From positions 1 to 64,000 of the forward strand of contig JAANOX010000034.1 in the NCBI GenBank assembly GCA_020184695.1: 64,000 bases of DNA. The letters run 5' to 3'. Shown piece by piece: positions 51,758 to 62,467 of this stretch (position 1 is its first letter; each line of letters starts with the position of its first letter). The translations under genes and the position numbers were made by a program. This DNA comes from Histomonas meleagridis 2922-C6/04-290x (lineage: Eukaryota; Protista; Parabasalia). Under the pieces are notes generated by a model that was not told the origin of the DNA, did not search any database, and saw only the letters and a program-made list of their open reading frames with translations.

Positions 51758-54421
51758 ATGGGCTCTTTTTCATCTGGGACACAGAATGGGGATAATGAGT
51801 ACTTTGAATGGAAAATACCAGCCCCACTGGATTCCAGTCGTAACTACTCACTTTCTAGAATATTCACCCAAAACAAAGAGACATTTTTGATTTATCTCAA
51901 TCGTTCTCTTTGTACATTTTTTATTTATTGTTGTACTGCCTTAAAATGGCACCATGGCGAGTCTTTTAATTTCCATTTTAACATACGTTTTACACCCAAA
52001 GGAAAAACTTTGAAATCTGTTAGTACACTTACAAAGCGTCAACCTTTTTTTGCTCTCAAAGTCCACGAAATCCCGAATCAAATTTATGTTCAAATTATTT
52101 ATCCACAGAACTATTTATATATACGAAAAGATAAGTATCTTGGATTACTAAATTCTGGTTCGACCTGTTATATGGCCTCAGTTCTTCAAGTTCTATTCCA
52201 TATTGGAGCTTTTCGTCAACTTATCTATAGTTTTAAAGATCCAAAACAAGCTCCATTATCTCTTCAAAATTTATTTATTGAGCTTCAAACGTCAAGTTCA
52301 GTAGTAAGTCTAAATGAATTTATTTGTACTCTTGGCTCATTTGATGACATTTCTCACATGCAACAAGATGCCCATGAATTTTTCATCACATTAATTGATC
52401 GCCTTGAAAGTGATCTTGGTGCACCATTCAAAGAAGCATTATCACATTTATTCCATATAGTTGTTCATAAGACAATAACACAAGGGACAACAGTCAATGA
52501 AATCGATGAAACATATCTTTCGATTCCTATAATTGTTGAAGGGTTTAATAACCTCAACGAATCACTTGAATCAAATTTTTTTGGGAAACAAAAACTCGAT
52601 GATTACAATGGAAAAGAAGCATATCAAAAATGTTCGTTTAGATCATTTCCACATGTTTTAGTCCTCCAATTAGCGCGTTATAAATATTGCGCATCAACGC
52701 AAACGGTCGTCGAGATAACGGATCCTTTCTCATGTCCAAAGCAAATCGAATTAGAAGGAATCTCGTATGAATTATTCGCAGTAATATCACATAGTGGAAC
52801 ACCAACTTTTGGCCATTATGTATCGTTGATTAGAGTTGGCCTTGGAAACCAATGGTATATGTTTAACGATTCTTCAGTTAGCAAAGTAAGTGAAGCAGAA
52901 GTTATGCACTCGTTTGATAATGAATCTACGATGTTTTCTTTCGGGTTTGGAAAACCTCATGCTTATATGGTATTTTATGTTCGAAAAGAATCAGTGAACA
53001 TAATCACTGCTACTGACTTTATTCCAGTATATTTAGCTCCCTATAGATCAAATAAGTTATTTTCGAATTTCATTTTTTATGATGAAATTAAAGGATTGAA
53101 ATTACATCATAATAAAACTCCCTTTGAATGGGAAAATCAAGACGACAAAATTATAGAGATATTAAATAGAATTAGGCCTGACTTTACAGTAAGCAAATCC
53201 TCTTTTTCGGCCTGGGTGAGGATGCCGGGTGAATCGCAATTTGTTGGGCCGATAGATTTGAGTGAAAAGGCGTCGGCGCACGTTATCAAGGGGCACCCCA
53301 GCGAGTTTTTCATTTTGCCTTCTTCATTTGATAAGGGACCTGTTTTTGTTTCGTCAAATAAGTCTCCTTTCGAATATCTCGATGTCTATACAATAGATAA
53401 TATTCCTCAAGAAGAAGAAAATATGTTTATTTGGCAAGGGAGAAACATCAAAAAATTAACATTCGGGGTGCCCCAAGGAGCGGTTATTCAGAAAAAGTCG
53501 ATTTCAAGAGTGAACTTATGCTTCGGTACAACTCGCATTTCTATGCCTTATGACGCAACATTCTCTGATGTGCAAGCACGTATTGCACTCGAAAATGGAG
53601 TGCCTCCAGAAAAAATATTACTTACATATAATTCTTCGATAATGAAACCACATAAATTCCCAATTATAAGTTCATTTCCATCAACGTCATTATCATATCA
53701 AATCCTTAATGATAATGCAACAGCTTCATCAATATCATTATTTTCTTCTTTACGAATTATATTTGTATCGGATCATTATATTCAAGAACAAAAGAATCCA
53801 ATATTCCTTTCCAAGGGGTTCACATGTGAAGATTTAATTAATGAGATTCCGCATATTTTCCCAATCATTAACATAACAGATAAGATACGATTTCAATGTT
53901 CAGTTGGCAGTAAGACCTCCATAACCAAAGTCCTTCCGTCAAAGTATCGCATTAAAACCCCAGTAGTTCGAGTTGATATAGTTCGATATGAAATTCCTCG
54001 AGATAAGTGGCGTCTAGTTTCACTGATCGAAAACAACAGTCCCATGAGCATCGAAGTTCGCTGTACCTCGGATCGTAACTCAGATCAATATGAAGGCGTA
54101 TCTCGTATTGTATCACTCAAGAAAAATATAAGCGCACGAACAGTCGTCAACAAAGTAATGCGCTTAAATCGACTCTCAAGCGAGAAGCCGGTGAAGGTTT
54201 TCTTGTTTGCAAGTGAGAAAACAAAACTTCGATATGATTTCAATATCGACGACAACGTATACGAAGCTCTTGCGATATTCGCAAAAAAGTTAACACTGCC
54301 GAAGCAAAGGGCTTGTTTCGGTATCATGCTTGATGACCCGTTGTTATCAAGTACAAATGAGAAAACGATACCAAGGTCATTAAGCGATATTATGATATCT
54401 CATTGGAACTCTAACCAATGA
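51758..54421 (+). CDS. Ubiquitin-specific protease (C19), USP7-like layout
   Basis: GLLNSGSTCYMASVLQ (Cys box), QQDAHEF, HSGTPTFGHYVS (His box), WYMFNDSSV; possible MATH-like N-terminus. Confidence 0.9.
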   Translation: MGSFSSGTQNGDNEYFEWKIPAPLDSSRNYSLSRIFTQNKETFLIYLNRSLCTFFIYCCTALKWHHGESFNFHFNIRFTPKGKTLKSVSTLTKRQPFFALKVHEIPNQIYVQIIYPQNYLYIRKDKYLGLLNSGSTCYMASVLQVLFHIGAFRQLIYSFKDPKQAPLSLQNLFIELQTSSSVVSLNEFICTLGSFDDISHMQQDAHEFFITLIDRLESDLGAPFKEALSHLFHIVVHKTITQGTTVNEIDETYLSIPIIVEGFNNLNESLESNFFGKQKLDDYNGKEAYQKCSFRSFPHVLVLQLARYKYCASTQTVVEITDPFSCPKQIELEGISYELFAVISHSGTPTFGHYVSLIRVGLGNQWYMFNDSSVSKVSEAEVMHSFDNESTMFSFGFGKPHAYMVFYVRKESVNIITATDFIPVYLAPYRSNKLFSNFIFYDEIKGLKLHHNKTPFEWENQDDKIIEILNRIRPDFTVSKSSFSAWVRMPGESQFVGPIDLSEKASAHVIKGHPSEFFILPSSFDKGPVFVSSNKSPFEYLDVYTIDNIPQEEENMFIWQGRNIKKLTFGVPQGAVIQKKSISRVNLCFGTTRISMPYDATFSDVQARIALENGVPPEKILLTYNSSIMKPHKFPIISSFPSTSLSYQILNDNATASSISLFSSLRIIFVSDHYIQEQKNPIFLSKGFTCEDLINEIPHIFPIINITDKIRFQCSVGSKTSITKVLPSKYRIKTPVVRVDIVRYEIPRDKWRLVSLIENNSPMSIEVRCTSDRNSDQYEGVSRIVSLKKNISARTVVNKVMRLNRLSSEKPVKVFLFASEKTKLRYDFNIDDNVYEALAIFAKKLTLPKQRACFGIMLDDPLLSSTNEKTIPRSLSDIMISHWNSNQ

Positions 54422-54966
54422 AAACTTGAAAAATTGTTTGTAAAAATATTTATATATTATTAATTGTGGTTTTGAAATCAATTTAAAAAAAAAAAAAAAA
54501 TTGATTACTTTCTAAAAAAATTTCAAATCGGACTTTCATGAGCTAAATCGATTTAATGCATTTTAAAGTCAGATATGAACGAATTACTACAAATTAATAA
54601 CAAATCTTTAGTCATCGAAGCGACCGTTTGTTATTAGGAATGATAAATACGACAGGGTGCTCCATCTTCATGTTCTAATTTTTCATTATGGATTTCGTAA
54701 AATGTTTAGTAAAATATTGTACAACAAAAGCAAAATAGAATTTAGCACACATTGGTTTTTGGTTTTAGTGATTATTTGATGACATTTCTGACTTATATTG
54801 GTGAAACGTTTTCTGGCGTTGAAAATTCTGCAAATGAAATTGACGTCAAATACATTGAATTGTTTTTATGGCGAAAGATTGAATTGATTTGACAGATATT
54901 GATTCAATTGTGGATTTTAGATTGAAATGGCTTTGAATTTGTGTTAAACCGATACTAAAAAATTTT

Positions 54967-56946
54967 ATGCAACAATCACCATCTCGATTTTTCAAGCGAA
55001 TTAACATGAATAATAGTCTCCTACGTCTTGGGCTATGGTCAGACTCTGATGAATCTGATTCTCTTGATCTGTCGAATCCAAATCCGAACGATTTTACGCC
55101 GAATTGTGATAGTATCGAAGATTTTATCACAAAAACCAAAACTCCTGATGACCTCCCAAAACCTTCCACATCTTATGAGGATTTGCCTCTTTATAAATTA
55201 TCTCAAACACTTCCCTACTATTCTCCAAACAATTCTGTGACGACATCATCACAAGCATCATCTCCTTTGTGTTCGTCGTTTAGCACTGGAAACGAATACC
55301 CAGAAAAAACTTCAAATATTCCATCACTTGGGGTTCCTTATCAATACTTCCAAGTATCTTCTCGAAACCATCGTGACAGAGCCGAGAGTGAACTTTTATC
55401 TCCTCCACAAATGCCTTTTTCATATATTTATGATGTATCCAGAAAATTTTCAGATGATGTTACACAACCACAAAGTCGCGCAAGCCATCATATTCTGATC
55501 AAGCCCGGTGATAGTTTTTCTGATTTTACAGACGAACGCGCGATCAATCCTACATCTTTTACACCAAGATCGAAACATCATCGTCTCACAGTAAACTTTG
55601 ATGTTCTTCGGCCGAACCATGGCGTACCTCTTACCCAACAGCGAACACAATATCGTCGACATAGACGAACCATTCGACATTCTCGCAAAATTAATAATCA
55701 CACATTTGACATTTATGATCTCATATCACAAGAATTTTATCTTGGGAAGATCTATGACAAGAAATCTCTTCTTAAAATGCTATCCCAATACAATATTTTG
55801 GAGTTTGCCAAATCTAATTTTCGAGAGCATCATCGCGGCTCAGTTTTTCAAAAGAAAGTCATTCCTATTTCAGATTTAATATCATTTTCATTTAATCCAT
55901 TAAAGAAGCCCTTACTTAAAAGTGTTCCTAAAGAGAACAAAAATGATGCGTCGAAACTTTCGATGTTAATTTTAGAATATTCTAATGAAAAACAATTTTC
56001 TACAGCAGTTGAATCCATTATTAAAATACTTAAGATGTCTCCTGTTTTAATTGATGAAATTTATTTCCAATTAATCAAACAAACGACGAATAATTTTGTA
56101 CAACGTCGTTTATATAAAGTTTGGGAATTATTTTATATCATTTCATCAATATTTCCTATTTCCGAATCGAATTATTTACGAGTTTTATCACATATTGCAA
56201 AAAATTGTTTTTCAACTGATACAAATATTTCATTAATATCATTTTGTACATTTCTAAAATTCGAAACACGATTTTATAATGCTAAAATTTCATTACCGAA
56301 AATTAACAATGAAATAATCATCAAAACATTACAAACAATTGAAGAGCCGACATTAATATTTTTTAATTCGACATTATATGAACAAATGTGGAGCCAACGA
56401 ATTAAATATCCGAAACTTCCTATTCCTTATATGTTATATTATATCATTCATTGTTTATTAAAGAAGAAATGTTACAAAACAAAAAAAATATTTTATATAA
56501 ATGGAAACGAAGAATTAATCGAAGCAACTGTTAAACAAGAATACCTTTCGATAAATCTTGTTTCATCTGCGAATACTCATGACTTAGCAAATATTTTGTT
56601 GAAATGGTTGGCAACATTATCAATTCCTTTACTACCGATTTCTATTTTCGATGAATTCTTAAACTTGGCATCAAAAAGAAAATATTTCGAAGTGTTGAAA
56701 ATATTACCAAAAATACATTTGAATACTTTGATGTATGTCATTGGGTTCTTAAAAGATTTGGCGAAAAATAAAAAAGAAACAGAAATAGGAAAAAGAAAAT
56801 TGGCTGAAATGTTCGGACCGTTGTTGGTTAAAGCGGGCGAAAGATTTAGATCACCGAAAGTAATGAGAAATTTGGAGTTGTTGGCAACGGGATTTGTGCT
56901 GAAATTGATAAAAGAATGGAATACGGACTCGATATATCCACTGTAA
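54967..56946 (+). CDS. MyTH4 plus RhoGAP-like protein (ARHGAP39-type architecture)
   Basis: LIDEIYFQLIKQTTNN...VWELF (MyTH4); IPYML, HDLANILLKWLATLSIPLLP, KLAEMFGPLL (RhoGAP). Confidence 0.8.
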   Translation: MQQSPSRFFKRINMNNSLLRLGLWSDSDESDSLDLSNPNPNDFTPNCDSIEDFITKTKTPDDLPKPSTSYEDLPLYKLSQTLPYYSPNNSVTTSSQASSPLCSSFSTGNEYPEKTSNIPSLGVPYQYFQVSSRNHRDRAESELLSPPQMPFSYIYDVSRKFSDDVTQPQSRASHHILIKPGDSFSDFTDERAINPTSFTPRSKHHRLTVNFDVLRPNHGVPLTQQRTQYRRHRRTIRHSRKINNHTFDIYDLISQEFYLGKIYDKKSLLKMLSQYNILEFAKSNFREHHRGSVFQKKVIPISDLISFSFNPLKKPLLKSVPKENKNDASKLSMLILEYSNEKQFSTAVESIIKILKMSPVLIDEIYFQLIKQTTNNFVQRRLYKVWELFYIISSIFPISESNYLRVLSHIAKNCFSTDTNISLISFCTFLKFETRFYNAKISLPKINNEIIIKTLQTIEEPTLIFFNSTLYEQMWSQRIKYPKLPIPYMLYYIIHCLLKKKCYKTKKIFYINGNEELIEATVKQEYLSINLVSSANTHDLANILLKWLATLSIPLLPISIFDEFLNLASKRKYFEVLKILPKIHLNTLMYVIGFLKDLAKNKKETEIGKRKLAEMFGPLLVKAGERFRSPKVMRNLELLATGFVLKLIKEWNTDSIYPL

Positions 56947-58222
56947 CGGATTTTTTATAATAAAATAAAGAGCGTTGTGTTTAACTTTAAATCGTATTAT
57001 AAAGGATTTAATCATTTTTTATATTTTGTGAAAGATAAAATATGGCGAAGTATTGTTGAGTCAGATGTTTGGGGTTCAGATATTTACATAGTGATAGATC
57101 TCAATTTAGAAATTCTGAAATATCCTGCTGTGATCATACTGTTGATTGATATTCTATATTCCTTAAACTGCACTTGTTGTTTTTAATAGTATTTTTGCAA
57201 TTTAAACTTATTTATTATCTGTGTTGAGAAAAATGAGTAAAACATATAATATTGTCACTTTTTGTACTTTGACCTGTTTGAACCAGTTTAATTTAACAAA
57301 GTAAATATGTATAATTTCCTGCCTTATTGCTTGTTGTTTTATTGGTATTTTTGGAGAAAGATATTTCTTTTTTGCCTTCACCAAAAACAGTTATGTTGAT
57401 AAGGGCAAAAAAGGATAAATAATAAAAAATAAGAATGTTTCCTTCTTAAGACATAGTTTTAATCTTAATTTATAATTTTTTATTTACAATAAAATTTACA
57501 AATAAAATATAAACAAGAAGTAATTTTTTAAATGTATATTGGAGGATATATTTGTAATGTTTTAGATTCCGAATATTTGCAACATTCATATCTCAGCATC
57601 CACAATATTTTGGAATGAACCGAATGTAGATTTCATCAGCACCAAAATGTTCATTGGCAATGAATAATTTCATCTTTTAAAACATCATCTAGATATGTAT
57701 AGATTTTAAAATATGGTGCCCGGCTGAAGTGATTATAATTTATGGCTATAAAATTTTATAAATTTTTTAAATAAATATTTTTTGATAATGAGTTTTTATT
57801 CTACCAAATTCTTTGATTCTCGTGTGTTATACAAAAACTTCTCATTTGAGTTATAAAGAGATCAAAAGTAATGGAAAAGATTGTTTTATGTATAGATCTT
57901 TATATAATCGCGAAATTAACAAAATTCGATTTTCCACAATTTTATTCTGCTTTATTCTTAAAAAAAATTTCGATAATAAAATATACAAACAAAATGCAAA
58001 TAGTATGTATAAAGATTTAGAAAGTAAATAAGTTTAATGAATTCATTGGAACCAAAGTGACTTTTTGAAAACGCTGGCTCAGCTGTTATAAAAGCACATT
58101 TGTGATATCTACAAAAAACTTAATTCCCATAAAATTAATATTTGCTTGTTTTGAATGATGAATTTTAAGCGACCGTTATTTGCCAACACACAAACATTCA
58201 TCATTATTCAGTTACAGCAAAA

Positions 58223-59873
58223 ATGTATGATTTTCTATTGGCTTTTCCGATTCATTTCTTTTGTTCATTTCAACTTTCTTCAGGAATTTCAGGTTTAATG
58301 GTTTTTAATGATAAATTTTCTATTTTGCAAATTCAAAAAAGTAAAATTTTGCATATTCTCGACAACATAAGAGGTACACATTTTGTACTCTCGCATTATG
58401 AAAAAGATAAAGATAAGTATCGATTTTACTTTAACTTAAAAAGATATCATTACAAACCACCTTTATCAGAATTATTAATCACATACACTAAGCATAACTC
58501 TGAGTTATTTTTTATGGAGTTTAATTATTTTAATCAAAAAAAATATAATGCAATCTCGAAGCAAAATATTTTTAGAAAGAAAATGCTTATGCTTAATAAA
58601 ATAATTCGATTTCTAGCATTAAGCTTTATGATTTTTAAGTGTTTTTTATATATTCAAAATAAAATAATTTTTATAATTAAATTTTTAGTTAATAAATCGA
58701 AAATGAAAGAAAAATAAAAAACAGAAAAATGTTTTAATTTTTTTTATGTTTTTCATGAACTCTTATGAAATATTTTATGAAAATACTTCAACACTTTCAA
58801 TCATGAATTCAAATGATTTTAATGAAATATCTCAATATCAAAACATAACAAAATTTATAATTATCAGTGAAAATATATATGAAATTCCAAGTGGTTCATT
58901 TTCAGCATGGCATTCAGTTGTTTCAGTTGATTTTGGTAATTCAGTTACAAATATCGGAGGTTCTGTGTTTTCGTCATGTTCACAATTAGAAACGATAATT
59001 TTTGGAGGAAATGTTACAACAATTGGCGGTAGTGCATTTTCATTGTGTTCATCAATCAAAAACATTACAATTCCAAATTCAGTTACAACAATTGGCGGTG
59101 GAGCGTTTTCATTCTGTTCTAATTTAACATTATTAATACTTGGATATGGAATAAGAGATATTGGAGGTTCAGCATTTGGTAATTGTTATCAACTTCAATG
59201 CATTTATTATTATGGAGACAAAGAACCAAAAATTGGCGAAAATGCATTTTTTAATGTTTCAACAAGTGTTATCACATATTCAACATATAAAGGAAGTAAA
59301 TTTGGAAATTTAGATGTTGCCAAAGAAAACGCAGAAGGAAGCTGCAATCCAATTCCAACACATTCATTTAGTCAATCGAATACATTTACTGTATCACTTC
59401 AAAGTGATATTTCATTATCATTATCATTTTCATATACATTAACAGTTACATTATCAATTACACATTCATTAACTATTTATGAAACAAAAACGAAAACATT
59501 TTCATTATATATAAACAATTCGACATTTTCATATATTGAAACAGAATTTATTTATTACAATTATACGATTGTTATATATTCGACTTATTATAATTATTAT
59601 TCCAATTTCTTTACAATGTTTTACACTTCCAATGAAAATTCACCAAAAGGAATTACGACGAATGCTTTGATTGGAATTATTTGCGGATCATTTGCATTTG
59701 TTTTGATCATTGTTGGAATTGTTATATTTTTAGTGAAAAGTAATAATAAGAAAGAAAAATCGAAATCAAAGTTACAATTCAAGGACACGACGACATCAAG
59801 TACAAAGCAAATCGAAGAAGTAAATAGTTTAGTTGAAGATATTGTGAAAGAAGATGAAGACAATTGGCTCTGA
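58223..59873 (+). CDS. BspA-like protein F: diverged D-type N-module (58223-58717) joined to the LRR-TM part (58746-59873) across a +1 homopolymer frameshift
   Basis: MYDFLLAFPIHFFCSFQ aligns to D1 MCSFLLFLPMHIICLLQ. Removing one A from gAAAAAt near 58712 gives KENKKQKNVLIFFMFFMNSY. Tail is identical to C1. Confidence 0.82.
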
Positions 59874-60562
59874 AGAAAATGTGTCATAAAAAACATTTAT
59901 TAATTTAAAGTATATATAATAATTAAGTGTTGTCATATAAAATAAAATGAAATCATATTAACGAAATATCATTTTTACTTTAAAATGTTTTGAATTATTT
60001 TATTTAAATATGAAATTTTGAAATTTATGATGTTTAACTAGTAACAACAACTTCGAATTCTGATTGTAAATACATTAAATGTTAGCTTTTGAATGAAATT
60101 GGATAAACTTTATTTGAATTCATTATTCTCAAAATCGAAAAATATTTTATAAATTAAAGATATAATGTAATTGATTTCGGACATAAAGAACTCCTTATAT
60201 TTTGTTTATTTTATATAAAATCATAAATATTCAAACAAGAAATAGCTGAATTGCCAATGTTATAAAAAAGTGTTAATTTTGTGATGATGGAATCATCTTT
60301 GATAAATGAACGGCACACCAAATTAAAGCATAAATTCCGTTCTATAACATATATTCATTGTGTTATTTAAAAGTGAAAATATAATGTTATAAAGCTGTTT
60401 CTTTGATTGTCGTCTTAAAAAATCGATAGAAATATTTCAAAATTGGTTTGAAAAACGACAATTAACCAACAGGTTTTTAAAAGTTTAACCGTGAGATTTT
60501 AAACTTTTGAGATAGCCGATGTATAATTGGTGAAGGTCTATATATATATTACAAGCTGAAAC

Positions 60563-62362
60563 ATGAGAACCTTTCTTTTATTCAGCATTTCGATCATGGT
60601 GAAACGATTTATAACCGATACAAAGCTTGTTACACCTTATATCATTCAAAAAGAAATATTACAAAAACAAAACCACGAAAACAAGAAAAGTATGACTTAC
60701 AAATGTGATGGGGATGTAACAATTAATGAAATTATGAACAAAAAATTTCAAAGATTTCATAATAATTATAAAATTTTGATAAACAAATTATTTTTAAATT
60801 TGATACCAAATAATGAATCTACAATGGTTGTACATCAGGATTTTAATAACAAACATAAAATTCCAAGAACATATTTTTCAAACATTTTGAAAATAGGCTT
60901 TGAAATTGATATATTTGTCAAAAATGGTATATCTGATAAATCATATAACAAATCTTATGAAGATATATATCCTATAAAGCGTGAATTTTCACATTTTTTG
61001 ATGATGCGAAACGACAACGAAGAAGGACCAAACATTTTGAATGTTTTACTTCAATTAACCATCATTTTTTCAATTATATTTCCGGTTATTTATGTCAAAT
61101 TTTATCAGAAAAACACAATCTCAGTTCAGAAAATATCAACGACCAAATATACATTGAAAGTAAAAGATAAGAAAAAAATTGAAAATATTTTAATTTTTTT
61201 TATGTTTTTCATGAACTCTTATGAAATATTTTATGAAAATACTTCAACACTTTCAATCATGAATTCAAATGATTTTAATGAAATATCTCAATATCAAAAC
61301 ATAACAAAATTTATAATTATCAGTGAAAATATATATGAAATTCCAAGTGGTTCATTTTCAGCATGGCATTCAGTTGTTTCAGTTGATTTTGGTAATTCAG
61401 TTACAAATATCGGAGGTTCTGTGTTTTCGTCATGTTCACAATTAGAAACGATAATTTTTGGAGGAAATGTTACAACAATTGGCGGTAGTGCATTTTCATT
61501 GTGTTCATCAATCAAAAACATTACAATTCCAAATTCAGTTACAACAATTGGCGGTGGAGCGTTTTCATTCTGTTCTAATTTAACATTATTAATACTTGGA
61601 TATGGAATAAGAGAAATTGGAGGTTCAGCATTTGGTAATTGTTATCAACTTCAATGCATTTATTATTATGGAGATTCAGAACCAAAAATTGGCGAAAATG
61701 CATTTTTTAATGTTTCAACAAGTGTTATCACATATTCAACATATAAAGGAAGTAAATTTGGAAATTTAGATGTTGCCAAAGAAAACGCAGAAGGAAGCTG
61801 CAATCCGATTCCAACACATTCATTTAGTCAATCGAATACATTTACTGTATCACTTCAAAGTGATATTTCATTATCATTATCATTTTCATATACATTAACA
61901 ATTACATTATCAATTACACATTCATTAACTATTTATGAAACAAAAACGAAAACATTTTCATTATATATAAATCATTCGACATTTTCATATATTGAAACAG
62001 AATTTATTTATTACAATTATACGATTGTTATATATTCGACTTATTATAATTATTATTCCAATTTCTTTACAATGTTTTACACTGATAATAATGATAATGA
62101 TAATCAAAACAACGACAATAAAACAACAATTATCATCATTTCTGTTTGTGTAATTGTTATAGTTATTATCATCACCGTATTACTCATCATATTATTAAAA
62201 CATGTTCAAAACAAGAAAGAAGAAATTCATGAAAATGTTAATTCAGAAGAAAATGAAAATGAAATGATGAATACATTTACTACAGGAATAAGTAACATAA
62301 ATATTGAAGAAGATCCATTTGCTGAAGATTTCAAAGAAGAAAAATTTATTGCACAAATATAA
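60563..62362 (+). CDS. BspA-like TpLRR protein B3 (intact, 599 aa): B-type N-module, short stalk, EEDPF tail
   Basis: N-module nearly identical to B1; LRR and stalk nearly identical to F; tail NIEEDPFAEDFKEEKF. Confidence 0.9.
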   Translation: MRTFLLFSISIMVKRFITDTKLVTPYIIQKEILQKQNHENKKSMTYKCDGDVTINEIMNKKFQRFHNNYKILINKLFLNLIPNNESTMVVHQDFNNKHKIPRTYFSNILKIGFEIDIFVKNGISDKSYNKSYEDIYPIKREFSHFLMMRNDNEEGPNILNVLLQLTIIFSIIFPVIYVKFYQKNTISVQKISTTKYTLKVKDKKKIENILIFFMFFMNSYEIFYENTSTLSIMNSNDFNEISQYQNITKFIIISENIYEIPSGSFSAWHSVVSVDFGNSVTNIGGSVFSSCSQLETIIFGGNVTTIGGSAFSLCSSIKNITIPNSVTTIGGGAFSFCSNLTLLILGYGIREIGGSAFGNCYQLQCIYYYGDSEPKIGENAFFNVSTSVITYSTYKGSKFGNLDVAKENAEGSCNPIPTHSFSQSNTFTVSLQSDISLSLSFSYTLTITLSITHSLTIYETKTKTFSLYINHSTFSYIETEFIYYNYTIVIYSTYYNYYSNFFTMFYTDNNDNDNQNNDNKTTIIIISVCVIVIVIIITVLLIILLKHVQNKKEEIHENVNSEENENEMMNTFTTGISNINIEEDPFAEDFKEEKFIAQI

Positions 62363-62467
62363 TTATAAATAAAATACAAATTTCACAAGTAATTTTTTTT
62401 TCAGATTGTATTTTTATTAAATCATTTGTTAGCAAAAATGTTTTAAGATCTAAAAAAGATAAATATT

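Noticed and set aside
54485-54500. A16 tract as a retroposition scar
   Set aside because: No target-site duplication or adjacent retroelement; A-runs are common in this AT-rich DNA.
27460-61521. Identical antisense ORFs (27460-27735 = 59621-59896; 47779-48006 = 58838-59065 = 61294-61521)
   Set aside because: Identity follows from duplication or conversion of the sense BspA genes and is not evidence of a separate gene.
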